Assembly: GCA_023920165.1 (NCBI GenBank)
Contig: CP089274.1
Span: forward strand, 3,906,001 to 3,970,000
DNA length: 64,000 bases
From: Curvularia clavata
Lineage: Eukaryota
Direction: 5' to 3'
The position numbers and the translations under genes were made by a program. This document shows positions 52,017 to 64,000 of this stretch, one piece after another; position 1 is the first letter of the stretch; each line of letters opens with the position of its first letter. The notes under the pieces were generated by a model. That model had not been told where the DNA came from. It saw nothing but the letters and a program-made list of their open reading frames with translations, and ran no database searches.

Positions 52017-52451
52017 ATCGCGGCTTATGAACTATATTAGTTTTTCTAGTCGTAGAGCTCCCACGTTTAGTTCTAGTTATATCCCCACCGCACGGTATAG
52101 TTTATATAGATCCTCTGTCAGTGCTGTCGTATCACCTTAGTCGAACTGACGCTTGATTTCCTGGAGACGTTTCAGTTCTTGCTCGTCAAGCGCTTATTGC
52201 CTCCAAGCGCGCAGTTCGTCTAGCTGTTGAGCAATGGTGGTCTGAGGTAGTTCAAGTCGAGCTGGGCTGCCCTGAATTAGGCTTCTTTATGCTAGTTCGG
52301 CCTAATCTGCCTCCATAACGGCAGGCTTGGATAGTTTACTTGAAGATGGCTAGGTTGAGTCTCTAGTTAGAGTAGGCTATAAGTCCCCTACTACCGTGTT
52401 TCAAGTTGACCTTAGGCGGCTCCGAGTTTGGCGACTACCTGGGTTCGGCAT
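52017..52451 (-). pseudogene. Degenerate gag-like N-terminal fragment
   Basis: MPNPGSRQTRSR...QQLDELRAWRQ*ALDEQELKRLQEIKRQF coiled coil; weak resemblance only. Confidence 0.35.
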
Positions 52452-53117
52452 AGCTCTCTCTGATATCTCGTAGGTGTACTTGAGAATAGCAATTCGAATG
52501 TTAGACTGTTAGTGGCGTGAAGATACAGCACGAGATAGATAAGAGAGAACTATGCTTTAACAGCCATATATTCACGAGACGAATCGCTATCGAGCACCTC
52601 TAGCGATCGTGGAGGCTTTATAGCCTTAGGTAAGCCCTAGCTGACTAACTAGCGTGAAGAAGGAGGGAATTGGACCAACATGTCCCAATTTGGACCAGAT
52701 CCTGACATTTTAATTTTTAGGATAGCTCTAAGATATATCTACTCTTACTATTTTATACGTAGATGCTTACGCTATAGAAGCCTCTTACTAAGTAGAATAT
52801 TTGTTTGCTTTGCTAATATAGAAAGCTTCTAGCAAGGGAGGATCTGCTTAATCACTAACTTAAGGTATTTTCGCGCTATATTTGCCAGTACGTTGTGTAT
52901 TAGCTAATTCGAGCAGTTTCTATCAGGCTTCACTCTCGAGCCAATCTACGACTCCATTTATACAAGCGTCTCTTCGCTGTCGCAGCACCCGTGGACGCCC
53001 TCACTCCGCAGTGACGACCCACAGCAGTTTCAGGCACCAAGTTCCCTGGATCCCTCTCTGCGCCTGATCCCGAAGCGCGAGTCCACCGGTGATGGCGCCG
53101 AACTTGACGAGGAACCA

Positions 53118-53453
53118 ATGCCGAAGCGCCCGCGGCGCAAGCGCGGTCAGCCGCGACTTGACCGTAGCAACTTAGATACCTCAACTTCATCAAAGTGCCA
53201 CCGCACAAGCTGCCTACCACACAGCCAGGTGGAGCGCAAGTACCGCGAAGGTCTCAACGCTGAACTTGAGAGGCTCAGGCGCGCAGTTCCGACCCTGCCG
53301 CAGAGGGATGAGTGTGGAGTCCTGGGCCAGTCCAAGCCTAGCAAAGCAATGGTCCTCGCCAGTGCCATTGACTACATCAAGAATGTCACGCGAGAGCGAG
53401 ATATGTACCGCGTGGAGAACGAGCGATTAACAAGTTTTCACAAGCAGGACTAG
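53118..53453 (+). CDS. bHLH(-Zip) transcription factor; true start may lie upstream
   Basis: PHSQVERKYREGLNAELERLRRAVP...KPSKAMVLASAIDYIK; Tyr in the basic region. Confidence 0.85.
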   Translation: MPKRPRRKRGQPRLDRSNLDTSTSSKCHRTSCLPHSQVERKYREGLNAELERLRRAVPTLPQRDECGVLGQSKPSKAMVLASAIDYIKNVTRERDMYRVENERLTSFHKQD

Positions 53454-55420
53454 GGCAAGTGGAGAGCATATTCGGTAACGGAGTTGTAGGTCCTTGAATA
53501 TGTCGAATTTTTTATTTCCTTAACTTGGATTTATGAACAAAACTGTGGAATGGGTTGTGCTCCTTAGGCGATACCCGATATGATGCGACAGCATTTCTCC
53601 ACATTCTACGTTATGAATGGAAAGTGCTGTCTAGCAGCGGAATAAATCATCATCATGATACGCATGTGAACTTTCTGCTTGCCTTTAACGACTGATTGAT
53701 CCGTCGTAATTACGCGCCCATCGACGTTTATGCGCGCTCGCTCCACTGCCCATCCAACGCAGGCTTTGTGGGGCGCTTGGTACTCTGCCAGCGCCGTCGA
53801 TCATGACAGCATCTGCAGCACAGGCGGTGTTCTGGACGCCTGTATGATAGGCCGCTAGTGGCAAGTGTGTGTGTGTTCGAGCTAATATGCATGTGGTAGA
53901 CCGATTAGTTATTCGAGTGGCGCACATCACTCAGCGGCGCACTCCAAAACTCACCGAAAATGGGCAAAATTGTACCTCACTATCTCAAGAACAGTTTAAT
54001 AATAAGTTCTAAAAATGTGAAAATAGATTTCTATAACTGCCTATTTCAAGGCCTTGTTTTGACTCAGCAAGATATTTGTTAAAAATTCGTAGGGAAATAG
54101 CAATTAGACTAACTATATTTAGGGGCTGAAAGCGGCCAAATTGTTGGTATCTCAATAGCGGGTAGGTCTATCGCTCTAGGAATCAAACAAAAGTTCTATA
54201 AGTCTTGAATACCATGTCGAGCCACGTAGTTGGCCAATAATGCTATGTTTAAACCTGCTCTCAGGAAAACCACATCACACGTAATATAATACTTTTGATA
54301 GTTAAACTCCACTACTCACCCTAAGTATATCTTTAGAATTAGTTGTATATTGTGGTGTAGCATCACGTGACTAACTCGTAGTATATATTGCGATTTTCTT
54401 TCGTACATATATAGGCACCTTCTTCACTCAATCCTATTGCGGCGATTGGATTTCAGCTTTATTCTATCGACTTGATTGCGGGTTGCCTCCTGATCTTTTG
54501 AGCTCGATCACGTATCGTGCCACAATATAACTATAACCAACCTTCGTCAGTCACTCATAACTCTTTTCCACCAGCATCGCCCGACAATCGCGCAGACCCG
54601 CTAACACTAGCTCACCTGCCTTGGTATGGTATATGATAGGGACGTATAGCTTAACCGTTTGTAATTTAGATGGAATGATCTCCCAACCCTGCAGCGTGCT
54701 TCTGAAAAATGGTGTTGGTGTAAATCTACGTCCCCAAGGCACTTGAGGGAGGCGGCCAAAAATTCCACCGAATCAGCGACCAGGGCCTGCAACTTAGCAC
54801 GAGAAAGAAATGGGGCTACATGCCTGTGTTGTAAAGACTCAGTGATCTAGACTAAATCAAAGTAAACTAAGGGCGTAGGCAGTAATGAAAAGTAAATAGA
54901 AGTCTCGAGCTGATCGGCCTAATTCCTATTTAAGCACGCTACGTGCATTCACTGTTTCGTGAAACTGTGTACGACTCCTTTACTGGCTCGTTCATGAATC
55001 AATGTGCCGGTCAGCTTGATTGCTACCAACTTTAGATACCGCAGTCTTTGAATCAGTCATACAAGTAGGCCACATGTTTAATTAGGCTCTACGATTCTAG
55101 AATACTGCAAAACAGCTCTTAATTGCTTGCTTAACGCCTTTTCTTTTCCCAGTCATAAGTAACGTCCGTCACTTTGTGGCGGAACACCCTGCGCGACGAG
55201 ACGCCAGACACTCCATAACACAACAAATGTAACAACAAGCCAGAAGGGAAATTATTGGGATAATAGCCTTAAGCTATAGTTATGTAGCTGATATGCAACA
55301 TAGCAATCGTTCCCCTTGTCACCTTCCAACGCCTCATCAATCCTACCATGTTTTAATGTAATAATACCAAGGTCCATTTCAGAATCACAGCCATTCCTAG
55401 AACTTCAACTACGATAACGT

Positions 55421-56713
55421 CTAACCATGACTCTCACGGCCACTGATAGCACGCCAAGGGTCTGTATCGAAGACAGGGAGACTCTGTGGCCTATTAGACG
55501 TGAATGGATCATCGAAGCTCCAACGACATCTGGCCGGCTTATCCCAAGCGTTTTTAGAGTCGTGAAGGAACATGCGCAACAGATGACGGGCACTAGCACC
55601 GTCGCCAGCACCATAGTATTCCGTACGAGCATGCATAATGCTCAAATTATGGAATAGTTGAATGTCTCCTTGTTGACGGTCGACTTTTGTGCAGAATTGC
55701 CTGGCTAGCTCTTCGACAACGTGCACTGCATGCAATTGCTTCTTCGTGACCTGCGGCATAGAGGGGTCGCGTGGGATATTGCTTGTACCAAGAAGTGGAG
55801 CCTTTACGAGCTGGCATATGGGTTTACCTTTCGAGAAGAAGAGAGTAGAACCCAACTCGAGATAGGGTGCTCCATCCCTAAGTCTTGTCAGTAGAAGTTC
55901 ATTTTCGTATAACTATTGCTAGTACAGAAGAATAGAGCTTACTTCTTTTTCAGCTCGAAAGGCCAATTTGGCTCTGCCATTGTTTCTAAAACACCAGGGT
56001 CCCTTTTTAGGAGTTCGTTGTAGATCTTTGGAAAGCTCGCGACAAACTGTTCGCCTCCAGTACCAGAGCCGCCATCATTGCGCACATGGAGAGCAATTAC
56101 GTCACCTGAAAAGCGATCACTGTGGAAGTCCATGGCTGAGGTCACCTTGGAGCCAGCTAGACCGATACCTTTGCAACCTTCGGGGATCTGTCTTTTGGTA
56201 GCGTCAAGAATGTGACTTAGCGTCTGGTTGGCGTAAGAGTCAGTTGCTCTTTCCTGGCAGATGTACGAACAGACACCCGCGAAAGCGATAACGGCCTCTT
56301 CATCGTTAAAATGTGCAGAATCCAGACCTCGCAGAACAGTTACACCTTTACCGTGATGGAGCTCTCTACTGACAGATGAGAACATATTCACCAAGTCTGG
56401 GTTGCTAAGAGCGAAGGTGTTCGTGCTTATCTTTGCGCGCGGAAGTCCAGTGACTGGAATGGGAATTAGAATTTGCCGTATTAAACTGCGAAGTCGGGTA
56501 CTCAAGCTTGAATGCAACTACAGCTGCTCTAATATCCAGGACATGGCTATCATCGAGCTTGACTACGTACTCAGTTGGACTGAGCTCATCTCCCTGCCAT
56601 ACAAGAGAGCCAGAAACAGCCGGTGCGAGAATTTCGGATGGATCGAGAACGAACGAGGATTTGCCTTCTAAGTATCCATGAGAAGATATCGTACTAGGAA
56701 CCTGATATGACAT
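55421..56713 (-). CDS. TauD/TfdA (clavaminate synthase-like) Fe(II)/2-oxoglutarate dioxygenase, multi-exon
   Basis: LVWQGDEL, ELHHGKGVTVLRGL, FHSD (HxD), GDIQLFHNLSIMHAR, RHLLRMFL. Confidence 0.9.
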
Positions 56714-58263
56714 TGTTAATCGCCCGATCTCCTTAAAAGGCTGTTGAGATTATATGAAAAACCAACAATAGTAACTGTATCAAAGTATAGAGAAAAAGAC
56801 TAACAGTAAATCTGAGTTGCGAATATGTCAAGATAACGATTGAAAAGACGCCTGCCATCTTGGGTAATGCCGGAAAGATCGGCAATCCATACCCATCCAG
56901 ACTTCTTGCCACTGTCGACTAGGTTGTCACCCTTTTCCAGTAATACACGTCAGTCAGCCTCCGCGGAGTAAGAACATATCTCCATAGTATCTCTCCACAA
57001 TATCGAGACCCGGGTTGATGTGGAGCAGCGGAATTTATCAATATGCCTGTTACGTATATGGAATATGGACGTCCATACTCCGCCAAGGATTGCCCACGAA
57101 TGTTCTACTAATAGTCTAATCTGTAGGAGTCTATGTGAATTTATGTTCGCCCATTGTTATCTTAACGTCCCTCCCTGTACGGCGAAAAACTTAGTGAGTC
57201 GAAAGTAACTAACAAGTGTGCAAGGATAGCACATGTCTTGAGCTGACGCCGCGTCTCATTAGCTGTTTTCGGCCCGCCGGGGTCTTCGCCACACAGCGGG
57301 AGACGTTACTCATAGTATAATGCCGCGGAGGAGAATTCGCCGAGGACGAATCACGCTTCTTGGTAACTCGAGGACAGTACCTTAGGTCAAAGCTTTTTTC
57401 GTATCGAGGTCATGTTCTAGGACTAATGTCAGAAATCGTGACCCTTGTGGTTGTCTCTTTTAGGAAGTTCGTGTCGCGATGTAGTTTCTCGGAATGTGCT
57501 ATAATTGGTTGAGCGCAACTAGAGCATAACATAAGGATCGGAATGGAGACGGATGGAGAAAGGATCCTCAGGTGCTCGGAGATGAAGGGGAGACAGCTGA
57601 AATGACTGCTTTCTAGATGAGCTTGCCAACGAGAACTTGACGTGGAGGGAATCAACTGGGGATTCTGCAATTCTCTAAAACCGCAAAATCTCTCATACTG
57701 AGCGTTGCTAACGCATCCGGCGTCACAAGTATAGTACACTGAAGTTCTGTCACGGTAGATGAAACTCAAATCACATCTTCTGTCAGCGAGTGCTCAATCT
57801 AACACTGAACCTCCTAACTACTACTTGCTATTGGCGCGGATCCCAAAACCTTAAAAACATGACAATTCAGCTCTACATGCAAACTGGTAATATTATGACA
57901 ATCAAGAACCCCTTCTATTTCCTAACTAAGTAATCTTGTGCTCCGTTGTAGAAAGCACCGAATTGACTTCCGAGCCATTCATATCGTCCCGGGCAGAGCA
58001 ACCCCTCAAGTCGAGCCGGCTTACTTAACAAATATAATGTGATGTCTCTGCATACTTCCTACTTGGGTAATTCAGCGTCTCAGACTGTGGAAAATAGGTG
58101 CTATATCGGCACAACGTACAGATCCAATCATATTACAAATCTCTGATTTACGTTTTACAGAATTGGGAACGGGCGGCAGTATCGAACCACGTAACGCTGA
58201 CCCAAGAGCTTGGATATAGATGTAAGCGAGATTAGTTTTGTAATTCGGAATTATAAGATGTTA

Positions 58264-58626
58264 CTCGGCCCCAACGGTTACTTCGTAAAATCTCAAGAGA
58301 TTGGCCGTGCTTCGCACGGCCCACCCACCTCAAGGGAAATGCCCACCCCAAGGGCAACACCAAAAAAGCCTGATTTCTACATATTATCTAGCTACCCTAC
58401 GCTTATATTTCAATCTCTTAGATACATTTCTGAAAAGAGATCTATAGTGCGATCCTATTTTAGTTAAAAAAAATTAAAATAAAGAAGGTTGATTTTTTTA
58501 AGGTGTGCGCTAGACTTTGATTTTGGTGGGGATTGCCCTTGGGGTAGGTATTTCCCCTGGGGTGGGAGGCCCGCGCAGCGCGCGGGCAATTTCTTGAAAT
58601 TTTTGGAACAAACCATTGGGCCCGAG
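58264..58626. mobile_element. MITE with ~105-bp imperfect TIRs and TA flanks
   Basis: CTCGGCCCCAACGGTT...CCCCAAGGGCAA and TTGCCCTTGGGG...AACCATTGGGCCCGAG; AT-rich core. Confidence 0.8.
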
Positions 58627-58899
58627 TAATTGGCTAGCGGAGTTTAAGGCCAAGCGGACTAACTAGTACTGGAATGGAGTGGAGCGGGTATGTAGATTAT
58701 GTTTGGTTTGCAGGATCTGGAATCCCTCTGCAAGAATAACATATAGATTGTCGTTTAATATTCTTTATTGTAGAGTAGTTTCTTATTGTAATCCATGGCT
58801 GCATGTTTTATTGAAATCTCGACAGTAGGTTGTTTGTGAGGAACGTCATTTCATATCACTAGGCCAAAGAACTCCAAAAAAGACGTTAACAAAGCACTG

Positions 58900-59760
58900 T
58901 GAACAATGATCTATAGACAATAAAAACTAGCGCGTTACGCACAACCATGCGAGGATCTATCACTGTTTCTAATCCCTACGTCAGCCACCAGCGCGAGAGA
59001 CGGGCCCAGCATTCCGGATCAGCCGTGCACTCTCATCCCTCATGTAAGCAGTGTATATCCAATGGCTGAAAAGCTCATGGCGACTGAATTACATGCATCC
59101 ATGCATGGACTATGCCTCAAACTCACACCGCCAGCTACCGAGTGCATCAGGCAACAAGACTTGCTACGCCAGAAGGAGCGGAGGCAGCGCCGTAGTAGGC
59201 ATCCTTGTTCAGGCCTCTTCGAGAAAGCCAATGGTTTTCCGTGTCACCATACGCTGCAAGAAGTGATGACTGCTAGATCCACACCGAGATTGAGCAATTG
59301 CTACGATGATCACTGGCGCTATCAACGCGAGCAAGGACCTTTGGTGTTCTTATCCCCTAGGCCGTACCAGTCTGTTCTGGAGCCCCTTATAGCTCAAACA
59401 AGGGGTGCACCAAGGGGAAACGAAGCATCCACTCGCATAGAACCCTCAGCCTTTGAAAGACATGTGTCATCTTCTACCCTTCGCTATCAGCCTTATGTAC
59501 CATAAATACTAGAGCCAAACACTGACCGAAGCTCTGCAGCAAGTCAGCACTTCAGTCACTGTTTCGCTTCCTACATCTGCACCAGGTACAGTCCCTGTGA
59601 CTACCTGCATATTTGTTTCAATTCCAGCACCTGATCTTTTAACTTCTCTCAAATCTTCTCGTTAATTCCCTCCTGTAGCTGTCGCTGTGTCAGTGACTAT
59701 GGCTCCATCGCCTGTCTGACGACCTCCAACACTAGAGTTTCTAATTAACATTAAAGGCCA
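58900..59760 (+). mobile_element. Mutator-like transposase C-terminal remnant
   Basis: CSGLFEKANGFPCHHTL...DDHWR...TRGAPRG..STRIEPSAFE typical of fungal MULE transposase tails. Confidence 0.7.
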
Positions 59761-60199
59761 ATAATCCCAACCTATTATATATCAGTGCAATGGAATGATA
59801 TCGGCTACAAACTTGGTAGCAGAAACAGGGCAGGAAGAGGATTCTGCAGAGCTGGTGGAGTCGCGGAACACGGCTCTCGTCACGCAAGGACTCTCCACTT
59901 CCTGCACACCGACTAATGGCTTGGAACTATCATTTTGGAGACATGAGAGCTTTCTATGCTGAGAGATTCGCATAGGTTAACGCTTAGAATGCACTTGTTG
60001 AGCGTGAAGATGTACCTACGCCGCGGCCTAAGCTTGCTGTAGAAATGGCGGCTTCCAAAGCCTGGAAAAGCATTGGCCTAAGTAAGAAACGGCGGTTTGA
60101 TTAGATGATAAGTCTAGCAATATAGACAATCCGAGTGCAGCTTCCCTTCACACATACCTATGTCTAGGAAAATAGAATACCGTAATCTATTTGGTGCTA

Positions 60200-60668
60200 G
60201 CAAAGACTTGGCTGGCGTTGGGGACAAAGCTCAGCAGCCTTATAAGATGTGCAGAGCCGCTTAGCGCAAGCCGAAGTACAGATTATGACTAAGTACGATC
60301 TTGCATGAACATCGGCGTTGCAGGCGCTACGAGGCTTAATATGGCTCACCACGTTACCGCAAAATCCCTAGGACATAACCACGATCTTCTAGAATCTTCT
60401 AGACGGTACAAACTTCTGTAAGATGTTGTAGTAAAGCGACGCTATCATGCACTAAACAAAGGTCTACCGTAACTAACACAAAAAGGGGAGCAATAACGAT
60501 GTAATTTTTAGTTAGGAATATAAAGTTAGGCTCAAGAATAGCTCCAGTATATCGTTGATATAAACTTACAATGATAGTAAAGGTGTGCTGAAAGTCGAAG
60601 TACTAAAAGCCGAAGTACCCGTCGTGTGTCCCAGCACAGGGGGTATCCCAGCACTCAGGGAGGAACGT
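60200..60668 (+). mobile_element. Fot1-like DNA transposon right-end remnant
   Basis: TIR-like end with repeated TCCCAGCAC finishing GGAACGT then TA. Confidence 0.5.
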
Positions 60669-61114
60669 TACATGCTATCCTACATCTCGGCACGCCCGGA
60701 GCAACATTCTTGCCCTAATTAACTAAGTAACTAGTCCTTATTATGATTACGTATCACATGTGTGTGGCGAAGATGAAAGTCTTTCTGCGATCTTTTGTCA
60801 TCACTTGAAACACTGGCTATAATGCTTTGTCAAGAATGGCAGGAATTGAGACCATCTTCTTTAGCTAAAATCATTCAGCCGCTGAGTATATGACATTCTC
60901 AGCATAGCACTTAGATTTCCATATGTTTCTAGGTTGGCTATGCTATTCAGTGGGGAAGAAGACTTCATACAAAACGATAAACTCTCTCCATAACTTGTAT
61001 ATTCCACTATTTCATATTTTTAAAAGATTAGCTGCCTAGCTTGCCTTTCGCCGACACCACTGCACACGTTGGCCGCGACCCTATTGTGGGGACTACTGTC
61101 CGTGTTAGGTATAA

Positions 61115-62507
61115 TTATCCAAGCAGTAGTAGTCCGTCCCTTGATCGAAGTTTGCCATGGAATGATCCCCAAAAAAACAACGGTAACTGTGCCTGGCCGA
61201 GCAGAAAGTGTGCAGGGGGCTTGTTGAGAGGCCATGCCTGGGAGCTGAGATCAAATTTCCCGCTGTTAGCTTGAGAGCAATAATCATCGTTGAAACAAGT
61301 GTCGAGGGAGGTGGATTTTTGCAGATACTGGAAATCTAGGTTGTTATACAGTTGAGAAGCCATATAGGATGCGGCCGCTGGCTCGTTGTAGGGTTGTTCA
61401 GCCATCTTCGTTGCCCATTGACCAGTCGCGACATCTTCCCTAAATTGTTCATGTTTGCCTAGCATCGCTGCGAAACTCAACACCAAAAATCTATCGCGAG
61501 TTATCTATCTTAGGCTTCACGTGATCAAAATCCTCAATCAAATCAATCAATCTAGCACTCCCAAATTGAATTGATTGATTCTCTGGTGACGTTGAAATTG
61601 GATTGATTGAATTGGGTGAAACAATCAATCGTCAATCAAGCGAATCAACAGATTGATTGTTCCCAAGTCTACCCCTCACTGTCCCTGGGTACCGCATATG
61701 GAATCTCGAACAGCCCGCCTCTAGACTGATCCAGTTTTCGTTGCAAAGCCGGCATCCATCGGATTTGAGAGTTGCGACCCATATAACCCGTCTCAATTAA
61801 TTCGAGGTCCCCGAGGACATCTTCCTCTAAGAAATCGAGGTCCTCATTAGAGCCCACTGAGGATGAGACTTAAGCCTCGTTAGACGCCTGCCTGTCGGAA
61901 TCCATTTCGTCAGACAATGGCATCCTCAATTGCTTCTTCCATGACCTAGTGTTTACGGATGACGATAGTGGAGGCGTGTCATTTTCAAACTCTTTAAATA
62001 TATCATCAAATCTCTTTGTATACTCGTCATTGAGGGCGCCACGGATGTCTTTAAGCAGCGTGGAGAGAACTTCACTCTTATGAGTGGCCCTGTCCAAGTC
62101 AGGAGCGCACTTAAGAGATACTCAAGTCAACTCACTCTCTTAACCGGTCCCGGCGTGATAGATAATAGATGCAATCCTTGTCATACTTCGTGCAGTTGAT
62201 GCAGCGTGGTCTAGTGCCAGAGCATTTCATTTCTGCACATGTTAGCTCACACAATATATGCACACGAAGCAACTAATAGGCGCGGTCGCAAGGACGGAAT
62301 TCATTATTATGCCTACTTCGTTTCCGGCAGCTATTGCACTACAGATATGATTAGCATCATGATGTTGATTCGTGCAAGTACAATACTTACTGCCTTATCC
62401 ACTATCTCGGAACGAATACGGAGAGGCCTCAGAAGAACCGTCTGCTGACCAGGCTGCTTGAGCCGAGGAATGGCTACTTTGGCGCCAAGGCCGCTGCTGC
62501 TCTCCAT
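61115..62507 (-). pseudogene. Zn2Cys6 transcription factor pseudogene, interrupted by MITE-like sequence with probable internal deletion
   Basis: KVAIPRLKQ; CNSCRKR / MKCSGTRPRCINCTKYDKDCIY; SVGSNEDLDFL...TGYMGRNSQIRWM; stop at 61870. Confidence 0.85.
61530..61670. mobile_element. MITE-related end sharing TIR with 15619-15756
   Basis: Ends ATTGATTGTTCCCAAGTCT as at 15737-15755; many AATCAATC/GATTGATT subterminal repeats. Confidence 0.7.
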
Positions 62508-62859
62508 TATTGATAAGCTCCTTTTAGAGGTGGCTCGAGTCAGCTGGGCAGAGCTCGTATAATCGTGCAATAGGAGAAGATACCGGGGTGCCGGTGGAAG
62601 CTAGTACGTGAGACGGGGCTATGACGATGGTATTATGCAGTTCATGATTGTAGACAGCAGACTGGAGGATGCAGCGCTCACAGCTTCTTATGACGAGTTC
62701 TTGCGAAAGGATGACGTAGATCTGGTGGAGAAAGTGGCAAAGCTTGATCCACACAGATAAACGTCCAACCAATAATCCCGCAAAGTCTGCCGCACTCGGT
62801 TTGTATGTTGTCGCGAGCCAAACGCTGGGGGACTTCAAACCTACTTAGCACTGCTCCGA

Positions 62860-63367
62860 ATCTAAAGTGCGTCTCTAAGTAACGAGACACCTAGTATAAC
62901 GAGACACTTTCCTTCCGGACCTTCGGCGTCAGGTCAGCATTGTTGCGTAGAGTCAAGCTTAACACGTATCGATTCTGTAGCTGCTGCACTCCCAGCATAT
63001 CGGCCTCCAATGCTGGAAAGCGTGTTATTAATCGTGTTGTCGCTCGCTCTGTTAAGGCCGTCTCCTAACTTTCTTCTAACGCCTCCTGTTTTTTCCGCGG
63101 TAGTATAGATCTACAAAAAGCTTAGTGAGCTAGAAGGGAAGCAAAAGTAGCGAAAACTAAGATCGCAGCCTTATATGTAATGTTAGTTTAGGGTAGTTGA
63201 CATAAGTATATCCTAGCGGTTCCTCCGCGTCGACGGCAATTTCGTCAAAACGCTAGTAGACGTGCGCTTTTTATATCACTTGGCATATTACAGTAGCGTG
63301 CTAAGATGTCTACGTGCCACACTGCGCACTATAGCTAGGAACTGCAGCTCAAGGTACTCAGCCCTAG
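62860..63367 (-). repeat. Second copy of the dispersed repeat at 23766-24620
   Basis: GTAACGAGACACCTAGTATAACGAGACAC and GGACCTTCGGCGTCAGG are reverse complements of 24541-24597. Confidence 0.8.
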
Positions 63368-64000
63368 GCAGCTCTTAGCTTAGACTTATACTACCTTCAC
63401 TATAAAGCAATGATCTTTTCATTAAATATCTACGGAATAGTGCGCAAAGTATGCGTAGTTAGACAGTATCTTTACGTCTGCACGACTTACATCGTTGCGC
63501 ATCCTTCGTCGTTAACATGAGTCTCGCGAGACGCTACGATGGCAACCTAGTTAGGACTACTCTACCCACTAGTATCTGCTTACGTGCGCATTAACCTAAT
63601 ATACGTTCATATAGCGAACACTGTCTACCGCAAGTTATGAGGCTGGGCGGCGCAGGATGCTCGATATACCTAGCATCCGCTCAGCCTAGTCGCATGCACT
63701 GCTTCGACAGGCAGCCTTTACAGCAGCCTAGTGTAACGTCTGTCCTTGCGTCGCGGGACACCTTATGGCTGGAAGAGGGAAATTAGCTAGGCGAGGTTGA
63801 GAGAGTTGTGGCACCTCCCTGAGCGTGGGGATAGTGAAGATATGAGTGTCAGACGGGGAGTGCTAACGGATGGACGGGTGGAGTTTGGAGAGACAGAGAG
63901 AGGGGAGGGGGGGGGGGGGGGGGGGGCGAGAGAAGACAACAGGTAACTCTTCACATCCAAGCCTTGGTGAGATCACAGTTAGTCTCTAGATATGAATTAC

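Noticed and set aside
61530..61670. Short repeat array resembling CRISPR or iterons
   Set aside because: Eukaryotic context, irregular AATC repeats in both orientations; explained as MITE subterminal repeats.
63907..63926. Poly-G run, possible G-quadruplex
   Set aside because: Simple homopolymer with no supporting context.
1..64000. tRNA, rRNA or 5S target sites
   Set aside because: None recognised by eye; tRNAscan-SE/Infernal would be needed to exclude them.

Overview
TE-dense, RIP-scarred accessory region of a filamentous ascomycete (Dothideomycete/Pleosporales-like by inference). About half the window is nested Ty3/Gypsy LTR retrotransposons of three families (called A, B, C here; chromodomains seen in A and B), plus Tad1-like LINEs, Fot1/pogo DNA transposons and MITEs. 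Between them lie mostly pseudogenised regulatory genes: a frequency (frq) clock homologue, two paralogous Zn2Cys6 TFs, SAM, BTB, mini-RNase III, a PD-(D/E)XK-like gene and a Cys-rich small protein. Apparently intact genes are an RRM protein, a bHLH and a TauD-type dioxygenase. A DUF3435 (Starship captain)-like C-terminal remnant suggests decayed Starship cargo. The most striking signal is that two divergent chromovirus families each carry, between pol and the 3' LTR, an ANTISENSE gene encoding a GAL4-type Zn2Cys6 cluster, coiled coil and acidic tail; it is intact in the un-RIPed copy at the window start. All family assignments come from motif recognition by eye; no searches were run.
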